DNA from: Acidobacteriota bacterium
GTDB taxonomy: Bacteria; Acidobacteriota; Polarisedimenticolia; J045
Assembly (NCBI GenBank): GCA_025456425.1
Contig: JALOKP010000008.1
Location: 552 to 64,551, forward strand
DNA length: 64,000 bases
Direction of reading: 5' to 3'
Shown: one piece after another, positions 1-8,568 of the stretch
How the letters are laid out: each line of letters starts with the position of its first letter
Numbering within the stretch: position 1 is the stretch's first letter
Notes under the pieces: model-generated
The model's database searches: none
Seen by the model: the letters and a program-made list of their open reading frames with translations, nothing else
Told to the model about the DNA's origin: nothing
Program-made: the position numbers and the translations under genes

Positions 1-1524
1 GTCTTCCTCGTTCCGAAGAAGAACGAGAAGGCGATCATCCACATCGCGACCTGGACGAACGGCGGCTTCCAGTTCGTGGAGGTCGCCAGCTGGATCCCGT
101 CGCTCGGGGTCCAGTACAAGATGGGCGTCGACGGGGTCTCGCTGCTGCTGGTCGTGCTGACGACGCTGCTGTCGTTCATCTCGATCCTCGCCTCGTGGGA
201 GGCGATCAAGGAGCGGGTGAAGGAGTACTACGTCTTCTTCCTGCTGCTCGAGGTCGGGATGATCGGCGTCTTCTCGGCGCTCGACCTGTTCCTGTTCTAC
301 ATCTTCTGGGAAGTGATGCTGGTCCCGATGTACTTCATCATCGGGGTCTGGGGCGGGCCCCGGAAGCTCTACGCCGCGATCAAGTTCTTCCTCTACACCC
401 TGTTCGGTTCGGTCCTGATGCTGCTCGGGATCATCGCCCTGTACTACTTCTCGGGCGATGTGCTCGGCGCACGCACCTTCGACATCGAGAAGCTGCTGAC
501 GCTGGGGCCGGCCACCGCGACCTGGTCGCTGGCCCAGTGGGTCTTCCTGGCCTTCTTCATCGGCTTCGCGATCAAGGTCCCGATGTTCCCGTTCCACACC
601 TGGCTGCCCGACGCCCACGTCGAGGCCCCGACCGCCGGTTCGGTGATCCTGGCCGGAGTGCTGCTGAAGATGGGGACCTACGGCTTCTACCGCTTCTCGG
701 TCCCGATGTTCCCCAAGCAGACGGTCGACAACCTGTGGTGGCTGCTCTCGCTCTGCGCGATCGGGATCGTCTACGGCGCGATGGTGGCGCTGGTTCAGAA
801 GGACTGGAAGAAACTGGTCGCCTACTCGTCGGTCTCCCACCTGGGGATGACGATGATCGGCCTGTTCGCGCTGACGATCGCCGGGATCCAGGGCAGCGTG
901 CTGCAGATGATCAACCACGGCATCTCGACCGGCGCGCTGTTCCTGATCGTCGGGATCGTCTACGAGCGGCGGCACACCCGCGAGATCTCGGAGTACGGCG
1001 GGCTGGCCAAGGTGATGCCGGTCTTCGCGATCTACTTCATGATCATGACGCTGTCGTCGATCGGGCTGCCGACGCTGAACGGCTTCATCGGCGAGGTCAA
1101 GATCCTGCTCGGGATCGCACAGGTCGGGGGCGAGGCCTTCTCGTTCTTCGGCGCCAGCCCGTACTGGTGGACGGTGATCGCCGCGACCGGGATCGTGCTC
1201 GGCGCGGCCTACATGCTGTGGCTCTACCAGCGCACGATGTTCGGCCCGGTGACCAACCCCAAGAACGAGCGCCTGCCGGACCTGACGCTGCGCGAGAAGT
1301 GGACCCTGATCCCGCTGGTCGTCCTGGCCTTCTGGATCGGACTCTACCCGAAGCCCTTCTTCGCGATCATGGACGCGCCGATCCACAAGCTGCTCTACGA
1401 GCAGGTCGTTCCGGTCCTGCGGCAGACCGGCGCCAAGGTCGACCTGCCGAACCCGGCCGAGGCGCCGGCCCGTCCGGCCGCGGGGCACGCGGCGACGCCG
1501 GGCGGCCACGGGGCCGCGGAGTAG
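1..1524 (+). CDS. nuoM: NADH-quinone oxidoreductase subunit M (5' end cut by window edge)
   Basis: Frame 1 is open from nt 1. Polytopic membrane protein with the ND4/NuoM motif [37 protein letters not shown]. nuoN follows 6 nt later. Confidence 0.9.
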   Translation, partial: VFLVPKKNEKAIIHIATWTNGGFQFVEVASWIPSLGVQYKMGVDGVSLLLVVLTTLLSFISILASWEAIKERVKEYYVFFLLLEVGMIGVFSALDLFLFYIFWEVMLVPMYFIIGVWGGPRKLYAAIKFFLYTLFGSVLMLLGIIALYYFSGDVLGARTFDIEKLLTLGPATATWSLAQWVFLAFFIGFAIKVPMFPFHTWLPDAHVEAPTAGSVILAGVLLKMGTYGFYRFSVPMFPKQTVDNLWWLLSLCAIGIVYGAMVALVQKDWKKLVAYSSVSHLGMTMIGLFALTIAGIQGSVLQMINHGISTGALFLIVGIVYERRHTREISEYGGLAKVMPVFAIYFMIMTLSSIGLPTLNGFIGEVKILLGIAQVGGEAFSFFGASPYWWTVIAATGIVLGAAYMLWLYQRTMFGPVTNPKNERLPDLTLREKWTLIPLVVLAFWIGLYPKPFFAIMDAPIHKLLYEQVVPVLRQTGAKVDLPNPAEAPARPAAGHAATPGGHGAAE

Positions 1525-1530
1525 ACGGCC

Positions 1531-3108
1531 GTGACCTTCGACACCGCGTCCTACGTCCGAGACCTGTACTGGCTCATCCCCGAGCTGTGGCTGACCCTGG
1601 TCGGGTTCGCGCTGCTGGCCGCCTCGCCGTACATCCGCGACGGGGCCGGACGGCGGATCGCGGCCTGGGCCTCGGCCGCCGGGCAGGCGGTCGCCCTGGT
1701 GCTGCTCTTCGCCCTCTACGCCGGCGTCTCCGGGGTCTTCGGCCCGGCCACCCCCGAAGCCCCGGGCGCGATCTACGCGATGCAGTTCGCCCACGGCCGC
1801 CCGCTGCTGCTGATCGACGGCTTCGCGATCGTGCTGAAGGCGGTGGTGCTCGTGGCCGGGATCCTGGCCACGCTGATGGGGATCCGGCTGCTCGAGACCG
1901 AGCGGATCGGCCGCGGCGAGTTCCACGCGGTCCTGGTCTTCGCCGTCGTCGGCGCGATGTTCCTGATCAGCTCGACCGACTTCATCACGATCTTCGTCGG
2001 GCTCGAGACGATGTCGCTCTCGGTCTACCTGCTGGTCGGGTGGGCCAAGGACTCCCGGAAATCGAACGAGGCCGCGCTGAAGTACTTCCTGCTGGGGGCC
2101 TTCGCCGGCGGACTCCTGCTCTACGGGATGTCCCTGGCCTACGGCGCGACCGGGACGACGAACCTGTTCGGCCTGCAGCAGGCGCTGGCGGCCGGCACGC
2201 CGGAGTCGGGGCGCTGGCTGCTGACGCTGGCCATCCTGTTCATGGTCGTCGGCTGCGGCTTCAAGATCGCCGCGGTGCCGTTCCACGTCTGGACCCCCGA
2301 CGCCTACGAGGGGGCCCCGACGCTGGTGACCTCCTTCATGGCGACGGCCGTCAAGACCGCGGCCTTCGCGATGGCGCTTCGGATCTTCCTGCTCGGCTTC
2401 GATGCGCCGGCCCAGGCCGCGCAGTGGACCTGGCTGTTCGGGATCCTCGCCGCGCTCTCGATGACGGTCGGCAACGTGATCGCGGTGCTGCAGGACAACG
2501 TCAAGCGGATGCTGGCCTACAGCAGCATCGCCCACGTCGGCTACGCGCTGATGGGGCTGGTCGCGGCCGGCGCGGCGCTGGCGGGCTGGATTCCCGAGCC
2601 GCAGCGCAGCCTGGCGATCGAGCTGGGCCAGTCCTCGGTCGTGCTGTACATGGTCGCCTACGCCTTCACGGCGGCCGGGGCCTTTGCCGTCGTGATCCTG
2701 CTGCGGCGCGAGGGGATCGAGGGCGACCGGATCGACGACTTCTCCGGGATGGCGCGGCGCGCGCCCGGGACCGCGGCCGTGATGCTGGTCTTCCTGCTCT
2801 CGCTGGCCGGGATCCCCGCGACTGCCGGCTTCATCGGCAAGTGGTGGCTGTTCGCCTCGGTCCTGCAGGGGGGTGGCTATCGCTGGCTGGCGGTACTGGC
2901 GGCTCTCAACACCGCGGTCTCGCTCTACTACTACCTCCGCGTCGCGGTCCGGATGTACATGGAGATCCCGGCGGACGAATTGCCCTACGCCGTGACCCCG
3001 TCGCTGACGGCTGCGGTCGCCCTCGCGGCGATCGGGACGCTGGCGATCGGGCTCTGGCCCGAGCCGGTGCTGAGGCTGGTGTCGGGCACGGCGCAGCTCC
3101 TGCCGTGA
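1531..3108 (+). CDS. nuoN: NADH-quinone oxidoreductase subunit N
   Basis: GTG start, 525 aa. ND2/NuoN-like motif FKIAAVPFHVWTPDAYEGAPT, about 14 hydrophobic segments, position directly after nuoM. Confidence 0.9.
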   Translation: MTFDTASYVRDLYWLIPELWLTLVGFALLAASPYIRDGAGRRIAAWASAAGQAVALVLLFALYAGVSGVFGPATPEAPGAIYAMQFAHGRPLLLIDGFAIVLKAVVLVAGILATLMGIRLLETERIGRGEFHAVLVFAVVGAMFLISSTDFITIFVGLETMSLSVYLLVGWAKDSRKSNEAALKYFLLGAFAGGLLLYGMSLAYGATGTTNLFGLQQALAAGTPESGRWLLTLAILFMVVGCGFKIAAVPFHVWTPDAYEGAPTLVTSFMATAVKTAAFAMALRIFLLGFDAPAQAAQWTWLFGILAALSMTVGNVIAVLQDNVKRMLAYSSIAHVGYALMGLVAAGAALAGWIPEPQRSLAIELGQSSVVLYMVAYAFTAAGAFAVVILLRREGIEGDRIDDFSGMARRAPGTAAVMLVFLLSLAGIPATAGFIGKWWLFASVLQGGGYRWLAVLAALNTAVSLYYYLRVAVRMYMEIPADELPYAVTPSLTAAVALAAIGTLAIGLWPEPVLRLVSGTAQLLP

Positions 3109-3251
3109 CGGCCGGGGAGGGCGGTTCGCCCGGCCGCCGCGGCGCTTCCCGCCGGCCGCCCCGCGGGGCCGCCGGCGGCTTGGACCGCCCCCCGGAATCT
3201 GGTAGTCTCTCGGCCCCGGAAGCAGGGCCTCCGGGCGGTCCGCTCCGCTTC

Positions 3252-3473
3252 ATGGCTCAGATCCTGCGGCAGGCAGCGCCGTTCATGGCTGCGGTCTGGG
3301 TCCTGACCGGAGCGGTATTGCTGCTCGGGCTGGGTGGCCGCTGGCTGGACGCGCGTTTCGGCACCGGCCCCTGGCTGACGACGATCGGGCTGTTCGCGGG
3401 CGTGGCGGTCGGGATGTACGAGCTGGCGCGCGTGGCGCTGCGCTCGACCCCCCCGCCCGGGAACGGCCGGTGA
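3252..3473 (+). CDS. AtpZ/AtpI-like small membrane protein preceding the F0 genes
   Basis: ATG at 3252 in the frame ending at 3473. 73 aa with two hydrophobic helices (AAVWVLTGAVLLLGL, LTTIGLFAGVAVGMY). Sits at the head of the atp cluster. Confidence 0.5.
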   Translation: MAQILRQAAPFMAAVWVLTGAVLLLGLGGRWLDARFGTGPWLTTIGLFAGVAVGMYELARVALRSTPPPGNGR

Positions 3474-3772
3474 CGGGCGGGTGGCAGGCCGCGGCGCTGG
3501 CCGCGGCAGCCTCCTGGCTGCTCTGCAACGCCCTGGCACGGGCCGTTCCGCTCCGCGGGCGGGACGCGGCGGGGCTGTACCTGAAGCGGAAGGCGGTCCG
3601 CACCGCAGGCCGCCTCGTGATCGTGGTCGCGGTCGTGGCCGCGGGGGCCGGAGGGGCCGGGGGTGACCCGGTCGCCGTCACCGCGGGCGCGTTGGCGGGA
3701 TGGCTCGCGGCGGCGCTGGCGGAGCTGCTCGCCGCGCGGGGCCGCGGGGGAGACGTGGGAGCGAAGGGATGA
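3470..3772 (+). CDS. ATP synthase protein I-like hydrophobic protein
   Basis: 100 aa. 4-nt overlaps with the upstream ORF (3470-3473) and with atpB (ATGA at 3769-3772). Hydrophobic, Ala-rich; the call rests on position only. Confidence 0.4.
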   Translation: MTGGWQAAALAAAASWLLCNALARAVPLRGRDAAGLYLKRKAVRTAGRLVIVVAVVAAGAGGAGGDPVAVTAGALAGWLAAALAELLAARGRGGDVGAKG

Positions 3773-4674
3773 TCTGGGCGACGCTGACCGGGATCCCGCT
3801 GGGACTGCTCGCCGCCGCGGGCGGCGAGGGGGGCCCGTTCGACGCGGGCGAGATGATCCTCCACCACGTCGCGAACGGCGCGGCCTGGGTGGAAGGCGCG
3901 TGGTGGAGCCCCAGCAAGGCGGTGCTGATCATGGCGGTCGCCGCGCTCCTCGTGTTCCTGGGCGTCCGCCGCGCGCTCGCCGGCTACGACGACAACGGCG
4001 TCCCCCGCACGCGCTGGGCCCAGATGCTGGATCCTTTCGTCGAGCACTTCTACCGCGACGTGGCGATGGCCTACGCCGGGCCGAAGTGGGCGAAGCGCGT
4101 CGCGCCCCTGCTCCTGACCTTCTTCTTCTTCATCCTGACCAACAACCTGCTCGGGATGGTGCCGTGGGCCGATTTCTTCAACCTCGTGCGCGGCGTCGCG
4201 GTGCCGTCCGGCTCCGAGCCGGGTGCCTTCAAGACCTTCGTGCTCGACGGGGCCGCCACCGCGACCGGCAACTTCAACGTCACGGTCGCGCTGGCGGTCG
4301 TGACCTTCTTCGCGATCATCGTCTTTGGCGTCAAGAAGCACGGCCTGGTCGGCCACTTCGCGCACCTCGCGCCCAAGGGCGTGGTCTGGCCGGTGCGCTG
4401 GTTCCTGCTGCTGCCGATCGAGACGCTCTCGATGTTCGTCAAGCCGTTCGCGCTGACGATGCGACTGGCGGCCAACATGACCGCGGGGCACATGGCGATC
4501 CTCGCGATCATTTCGATCATCTTCCTGCTCAACAGCGTGCTCGTCGGGATCCCGGTGGTCGGCCTGGCGCTCGGCGTGAGCCTGCTCGAGATCATCGTCT
4601 GCTTCGTGCAGGCGTACGTGTTCGCGCTCTTGTCCGGTGTCTTCATCGGCATGGCGATCGAATCCCACCACTAG
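3769..4674 (+). CDS. atpB: F0F1 ATP synthase subunit a
   Basis: Internal ATG at 3769 of ORF 3700..4674. Motifs FFFFILTNNLLGMVPW and LTMRLAANMTAGHMAILAI (essential Arg region). Confidence 0.9.
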   Translation: MIWATLTGIPLGLLAAAGGEGGPFDAGEMILHHVANGAAWVEGAWWSPSKAVLIMAVAALLVFLGVRRALAGYDDNGVPRTRWAQMLDPFVEHFYRDVAMAYAGPKWAKRVAPLLLTFFFFILTNNLLGMVPWADFFNLVRGVAVPSGSEPGAFKTFVLDGAATATGNFNVTVALAVVTFFAIIVFGVKKHGLVGHFAHLAPKGVVWPVRWFLLLPIETLSMFVKPFALTMRLAANMTAGHMAILAIISIIFLLNSVLVGIPVVGLALGVSLLEIIVCFVQAYVFALLSGVFIGMAIESHH

Positions 4675-4734
4675 GCATCGAAACGAACGGGCCCTGCATC
4701 GCGAGGGTCAGGGCCGGACGGAGGAGTTCCAAGC

Positions 4735-5061
4735 ATGAGCAAGTCGCTGAGAATCGCTGGTCTGGTCCTGGTCCTGATGCTCGTCCTGGCGCCCGGCACC
4801 TCGGCTTTCGCGGCCGAGGGGGACGCCGCCGGTGCTCCGATGGATCTCGCCGGACTCGGGGCCGGCATCGGCGCCGGCCTCGTCGCGATCGGCGCCGGGA
4901 TGGGGATCGGCCGGTTCGCCGCCGCCGCCGCCGAGGGGATCGCGCGCCAGCCGTCCGCGGCCTCGAGCATCGTCGGCGCGGTCAACCTGCCGCTGTTCCT
5001 TCTCGAAGGCGTCGCGATCATCGGCCTCGTGGTCTGTCTGCTCGTCGTCTTCACGCGCTGA
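4735..5061 (+). CDS. atpE: F0F1 ATP synthase subunit c with an N-terminal signal-like extension
   Basis: 108 aa. C-terminal 75 aa is a typical c-subunit hairpin (GAGIGAGLVAIGAGMGIG ... IARQP ... PLFLLEGVAIIGLVV, carboxylate Glu). About 25 extra N-terminal residues end in SAFA/AE. Confidence 0.85.
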   Translation: MSKSLRIAGLVLVLMLVLAPGTSAFAAEGDAAGAPMDLAGLGAGIGAGLVAIGAGMGIGRFAAAAAEGIARQPSAASSIVGAVNLPLFLLEGVAIIGLVVCLLVVFTR

Positions 5062-5071
5062 GGACGGCGCC

Positions 5072-5629
5072 ATGCCCCTCACCACCATGGCGCTGCTCGC
5101 CTCGGCCGAGGCCAGCGGGGGCAACCCGCTGCTGAAGGTCGATCCGGGGCTCGCCCTCTGGACCCTGATCATCTTCCTGCTGCTGCTGTTCGTGCTCTGG
5201 CGCTACGGCTGGGGGATGATGATCGGCAAGCTCGACGCCCGGGACCGCGCGATCCGCGGCTCGATCGAGGAGGCGAGGGCCGAGCGGCTCGAGGCCGAGA
5301 AGCTCCTCGTCGAGCAGAAGGCCCTGCTCGACAAGACCCGCCGCGAGGCGGCCGCGATGCTGCAGGCGGCCCAGCAGGACGCGGGGACCGAGCGGCAGCG
5401 GCTGGTCGACCAGGCGCGCGAGGAGTACGAGCGGATCCTGGCGCGCGGCCGCGAGCAGATCGATCAGGAGACGCGCGCGGCGGTCGCCGAGGTGCGGAAG
5501 GTCGTGGCCGACCTGGCGGTCGGCGTGGCCGGGCGACTGATCGACAGAAACCTCGATACGCCGGGGCAGCGCGAGCTGGCCGAGAAGTTCGTCGGCGAGC
5601 TGGAGCGCAAGGGCGGAGCCGAGGCCTGA
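5072..5629 (+). CDS. atpF: F0F1 ATP synthase subunit b
   Basis: ATG at 5072 (residue 81 of ORF 4832..5629). One N-terminal TM helix (LWTLIIFLLLLFVLW) followed by a long charged coiled coil typical of subunit b. Confidence 0.8.
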   Translation: MPLTTMALLASAEASGGNPLLKVDPGLALWTLIIFLLLLFVLWRYGWGMMIGKLDARDRAIRGSIEEARAERLEAEKLLVEQKALLDKTRREAAAMLQAAQQDAGTERQRLVDQAREEYERILARGREQIDQETRAAVAEVRKVVADLAVGVAGRLIDRNLDTPGQRELAEKFVGELERKGGAEA

Positions 5630-5657
5630 GCCACCCCTCGCGGGGCGAAAACCCGGG

Positions 5658-5701
5658 GCGCGCGGGCGGCCGGCAGCGGTCGCCGGCGCGCCGCGCTTTT
5701 T
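5658..5701. terminator. Candidate intrinsic terminator between convergent atpF and the B3/4-domain gene
   Basis: Imperfect GC-rich hairpin (GCGCGGGCGGCCGGC-AGCGGTC-GCCGGCGCGCCGCGC) followed by TTTTT at 5697-5701. Confidence 0.4.
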
Positions 5702-6372
5702 CAGGGCAGGACGCCGGAGACGCTCCTCGCGCCCAGCAGCGCCTCGGCCCGCTCGCGCAGCCAGGCGGCCCACAGGTCGAGTGCGCCGATCTCGTGTCCC
5801 GCCGGCGCGAACATCACGTAGAGCAGGTGCGACGAGCCGGGCCCGACGCTCGTGCGCAGCGAGTCCGAACTGGGGTTGCCGAACGCCCCGCGGGCGTCGG
5901 CCAGCGCGAGGCGCCCGCCGAGGTGGACCTCCGGCTTGTTGATCCCCTCGTACGATTCCCCGGCCCGGCCGAGGCGCGCCTCGATCGGGCCGGGCTCCAG
6001 CTTATCGGCGTCGTAGAGCCCGACCGGCAGCCCGGAGAGCACGGCCCAGAGGTTCCCGAGGTCGACCGCGGGGTGGATCCGCGGGAACGGCTCGCCCTTG
6101 AGCAGGCGGCGCAACAGCGCCTCCGGGCTCGGCCGGTAGCGCGTCGGGTCCATCCCGACGCTGCGGTAGAGCACCCGCGCGGGCTGCAGCAGGTCGATCC
6201 CGCCGGCCGTCTTCCCGGCGTGGCGCGCGACGAGCCGCTCGACTCCCGCCGCGATCTCCTCGCCCAGCGCCTGCGTCCCCTCCGGGGTCGGCACCGCTCC
6301 GAAGGCCTCGACCAGCGCGAGCGAGACGAGATCCTTGATCTCCGGCGATCGCGCCACCCGATCGATCGTCAT
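5701..6372 (-). CDS. B3/B4 tRNA-binding-domain protein (COG3382-like)
   Basis: Real start is ATG at 6372 (MTIDRVARSPEIKDL...); the 1257-aa ORF upstream of it is GC artefact. Motifs GLPVGLYDADKL and GNPSSDSLRTSV resemble the PheT B3/4-domain family. Confidence 0.65.
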   Translation of the reverse strand: MTIDRVARSPEIKDLVSLALVEAFGAVPTPEGTQALGEEIAAGVERLVARHAGKTAGGIDLLQPARVLYRSVGMDPTRYRPSPEALLRRLLKGEPFPRIHPAVDLGNLWAVLSGLPVGLYDADKLEPGPIEARLGRAGESYEGINKPEVHLGGRLALADARGAFGNPSSDSLRTSVGPGSSHLLYVMFAPAGHEIGALDLWAAWLRERAEALLGARSVSGVLP

Positions 6373-6492
6373 CGCCCTCGTCCTCTTCGCTTCCCGCGCC
6401 GCAGATCGACCGCTCCGCGGCGGCACCGCGCGCCGGATCGGGCATAATCCCCGTTTCCGGCCCCACCGCCGCGAGGAGCGCGCCGCCGCCCC

Positions 6493-8568
6493 ATGGGTTC
6501 TCCGCACGATCCGGCCGGGCCCGCTTCCGGCCCCGGCCGCAGCGCCCGCATCGGTCCGTACGAGGTGCTGGAGTTCTGCTACCACGCGGCGGCAGGCGGA
6601 GTCTACCTCGCGCGCCGCCCGGGCAGCGACGCCCCGCTGCTGGTCGCGCGGCCGCGCGCGGGGTCGGGACTGCCCGCGGCGGAGACCGAGGAGACCGGGG
6701 CGGTCGCGGCGCGCGGCCGGCAGGCCGCGCGGACGTTCGCGCACCCGGCCGCGGCGCGTGTCGTCGACGCCGGGGAGGATGCGGACGGCGCATACATCGC
6801 GTGGGAGCGGCCGCCAGGGACGCGCCTGGACGCCTTCACCGGGCGCGGCGTGGCGCTGCCCGCGGGCAACGTGGTCGACCTCGGACGCCGGCTGGCCGCG
6901 GTGCTGGGAGCCGCGCACCGCGCCGGGCTGCGGCACGGCGACCTGCGCCCGGAACACGTCGTGGTGGACGGCGAAGGCCGCCCGCAGCTGGTCGGCTTCG
7001 GCCTCGCGCCCGGAGTCGCGGCGCCGGCGCTGCGCGAGGGCGATGCGCTGGCGGCGCCCGACTTCCTCGCGCCCGAGCAGGTCGCGGGCCGGGCGCCGGA
7101 CGAACGCTCGGACCTCTTCGCGCTGGCGGCCCTGCTCTACGCACTGGCCTCCGGACGCACCCCGTTCGCCGGCGCGTCCCCCTCGTCCGTCCTCTACCGG
7201 ATCGTGAACGATCCGCCGCCCGCGCTGCGCGAGCTGGCGCCGGAACTGCCGCCCGCGTTCGACGAGTTCTTCGCGCGCGCCCTGGCCAAGGATCGCGCGG
7301 CCCGCTTTCCGGACGCCGCCGCGTTCGAGCGCGCGCTGGACGAACTGGCCGTGCTGCCGCTCCCGCGCGGTCCGATCGCCGCGCCGGACGAGCCGCTCCT
7401 CCGCGCGCGGCCCGGCGACGCGGCGCGCGGCGCGGGGGCGCCCGAGACCGACCCGCGGCCGCGGGCCGCGGCAGACCCGACCCGTTCGCGCACCGGCGCG
7501 CGCGTGCTGGCGATCGCGGGCGGGATCGGCGTGGCGCTGGTGGCCGCGGCGCTGCTCTGGGTCGTGCCCTACCGGCTGGGGGTCGATCCGTTCGCGGCGC
7601 GGCGCCGCGGCGTCGAGGATCAACTCGAGCGCGCGCTCGGCCGCTTGGGCCGGGCGCTGCGGACGACCGAGCCGGAGCGGCGCGTCGTCGTCGAGACCGA
7701 TCCCGCGGGGCTGGCCTGGGTGGTCGAGGGGGCCGCGCGCCGCGACGGCGACGGAACGGTCGCGTTCCTGCCCGGCGCCGGCGCCCCGATCACGATGCGC
7801 ATCGACGACCCGTGCCGCGACGGCACGGCGACCTTCTCGCCGGCGTCGCCGCCCGCGCGGCTGGTGATCGGCACGGCGCCGCGGCGCGAGGAGTTCGAAC
7901 TGACGAGCGACCCGGCCGGCGCCGAGGTGCTCGTCGACGGCACGGCGCAGCCGCAGCCGACGCCGATGCGCGTGGCCCTCGAGCGCTGCCGCGAGCACGC
8001 GATCGAGCTGCGCGCGGCGGGGCGCAGTCCCCGGGTGCTGGCGCTTCCGGGCGGCGACGATCCCGCCGCCTGGCGCCGGGCGCTGACCGCGGTGGCGCTC
8101 CCCCTGCTGCCGAAGGGCTGGCTCGTCGTCCCGCCGGCGCCGCGGGGGTTCACCGTCGAACTGCTCGCCCGGCGGGAGGGGGGGCTGACCCGCCTCGGCC
8201 GCGCCGGCGAGACGATCGAGCTCGACCCGGGCCGCTGGACGCTCGTGCTCCGGGATCCCGCGGTGCTCTTCGAAGAGGAACTGGAAGTCGAACTGATCGA
8301 GGGGGCGCGGGAGACGCTGCGGGTGCGCTACCCTGCGCTGGGCTGGCTCTCGGTCCGGGCGGTGCCGCCGGGCGGTCCGGCCTGGGTGCGCCGCGGCCGC
8401 GGGCCCGAGGTCAGCCTCGGCGAGACCGCGATCGCGAAGCGGCCGCTCGCCGCGGGCGAGTACACCGTGATCCTGGCACACCCCGGGAGCGGTGTCCGCA
8501 CGACGCGGACGGTGCGGGTGCGGCCCGGCGAAACGGCGGAGGTCCGCGTGGGGAGCAACGAATGGTGA
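6493..8568 (+). CDS. Ser/Thr kinase-fold protein (predicted pseudokinase) with a TM helix and C-terminal PEGA-like repeats
   Basis: Hanks-type fold is recognisable (HRAGLRHGDLRPEHVVV, FLAPEQ, DLFALAALLYALASGRTPF). TM at about residues 337-359. C-terminal beta-rich repeats (VLVDGTAQP..., WLSVRAVPPGGPAWV). Confidence 0.75.
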   Translation: MGSPHDPAGPASGPGRSARIGPYEVLEFCYHAAAGGVYLARRPGSDAPLLVARPRAGSGLPAAETEETGAVAARGRQAARTFAHPAAARVVDAGEDADGAYIAWERPPGTRLDAFTGRGVALPAGNVVDLGRRLAAVLGAAHRAGLRHGDLRPEHVVVDGEGRPQLVGFGLAPGVAAPALREGDALAAPDFLAPEQVAGRAPDERSDLFALAALLYALASGRTPFAGASPSSVLYRIVNDPPPALRELAPELPPAFDEFFARALAKDRAARFPDAAAFERALDELAVLPLPRGPIAAPDEPLLRARPGDAARGAGAPETDPRPRAAADPTRSRTGARVLAIAGGIGVALVAAALLWVVPYRLGVDPFAARRRGVEDQLERALGRLGRALRTTEPERRVVVETDPAGLAWVVEGAARRDGDGTVAFLPGAGAPITMRIDDPCRDGTATFSPASPPARLVIGTAPRREEFELTSDPAGAEVLVDGTAQPQPTPMRVALERCREHAIELRAAGRSPRVLALPGGDDPAAWRRALTAVALPLLPKGWLVVPPAPRGFTVELLARREGGLTRLGRAGETIELDPGRWTLVLRDPAVLFEEELEVELIEGARETLRVRYPALGWLSVRAVPPGGPAWVRRGRGPEVSLGETAIAKRPLAAGEYTVILAHPGSGVRTTRTVRVRPGETAEVRVGSNEW

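Noticed and set aside
195-3473. 1092-aa ORF overlapping nuoM and nuoN in another frame
   Set aside because: The translation is Arg/Gly/Pro/Asp-rich and low-complexity, which is typical of stop-free off-frames in about 70% GC DNA. The nuoM and nuoN frames have clear family motifs. Only the last 73 codons (3252..3473) look like a real gene.
3252-5629. Possibility that the atp cluster is an N-type (Na+) ATPase operon
   Set aside because: The gene order here is small protein, I-like, a, c, b. The order I recall for N-ATPase operons, atpDCQRBEFAG, has beta and epsilon genes in front, and none are present here. This looks like the F0 half of a split F-type operon.
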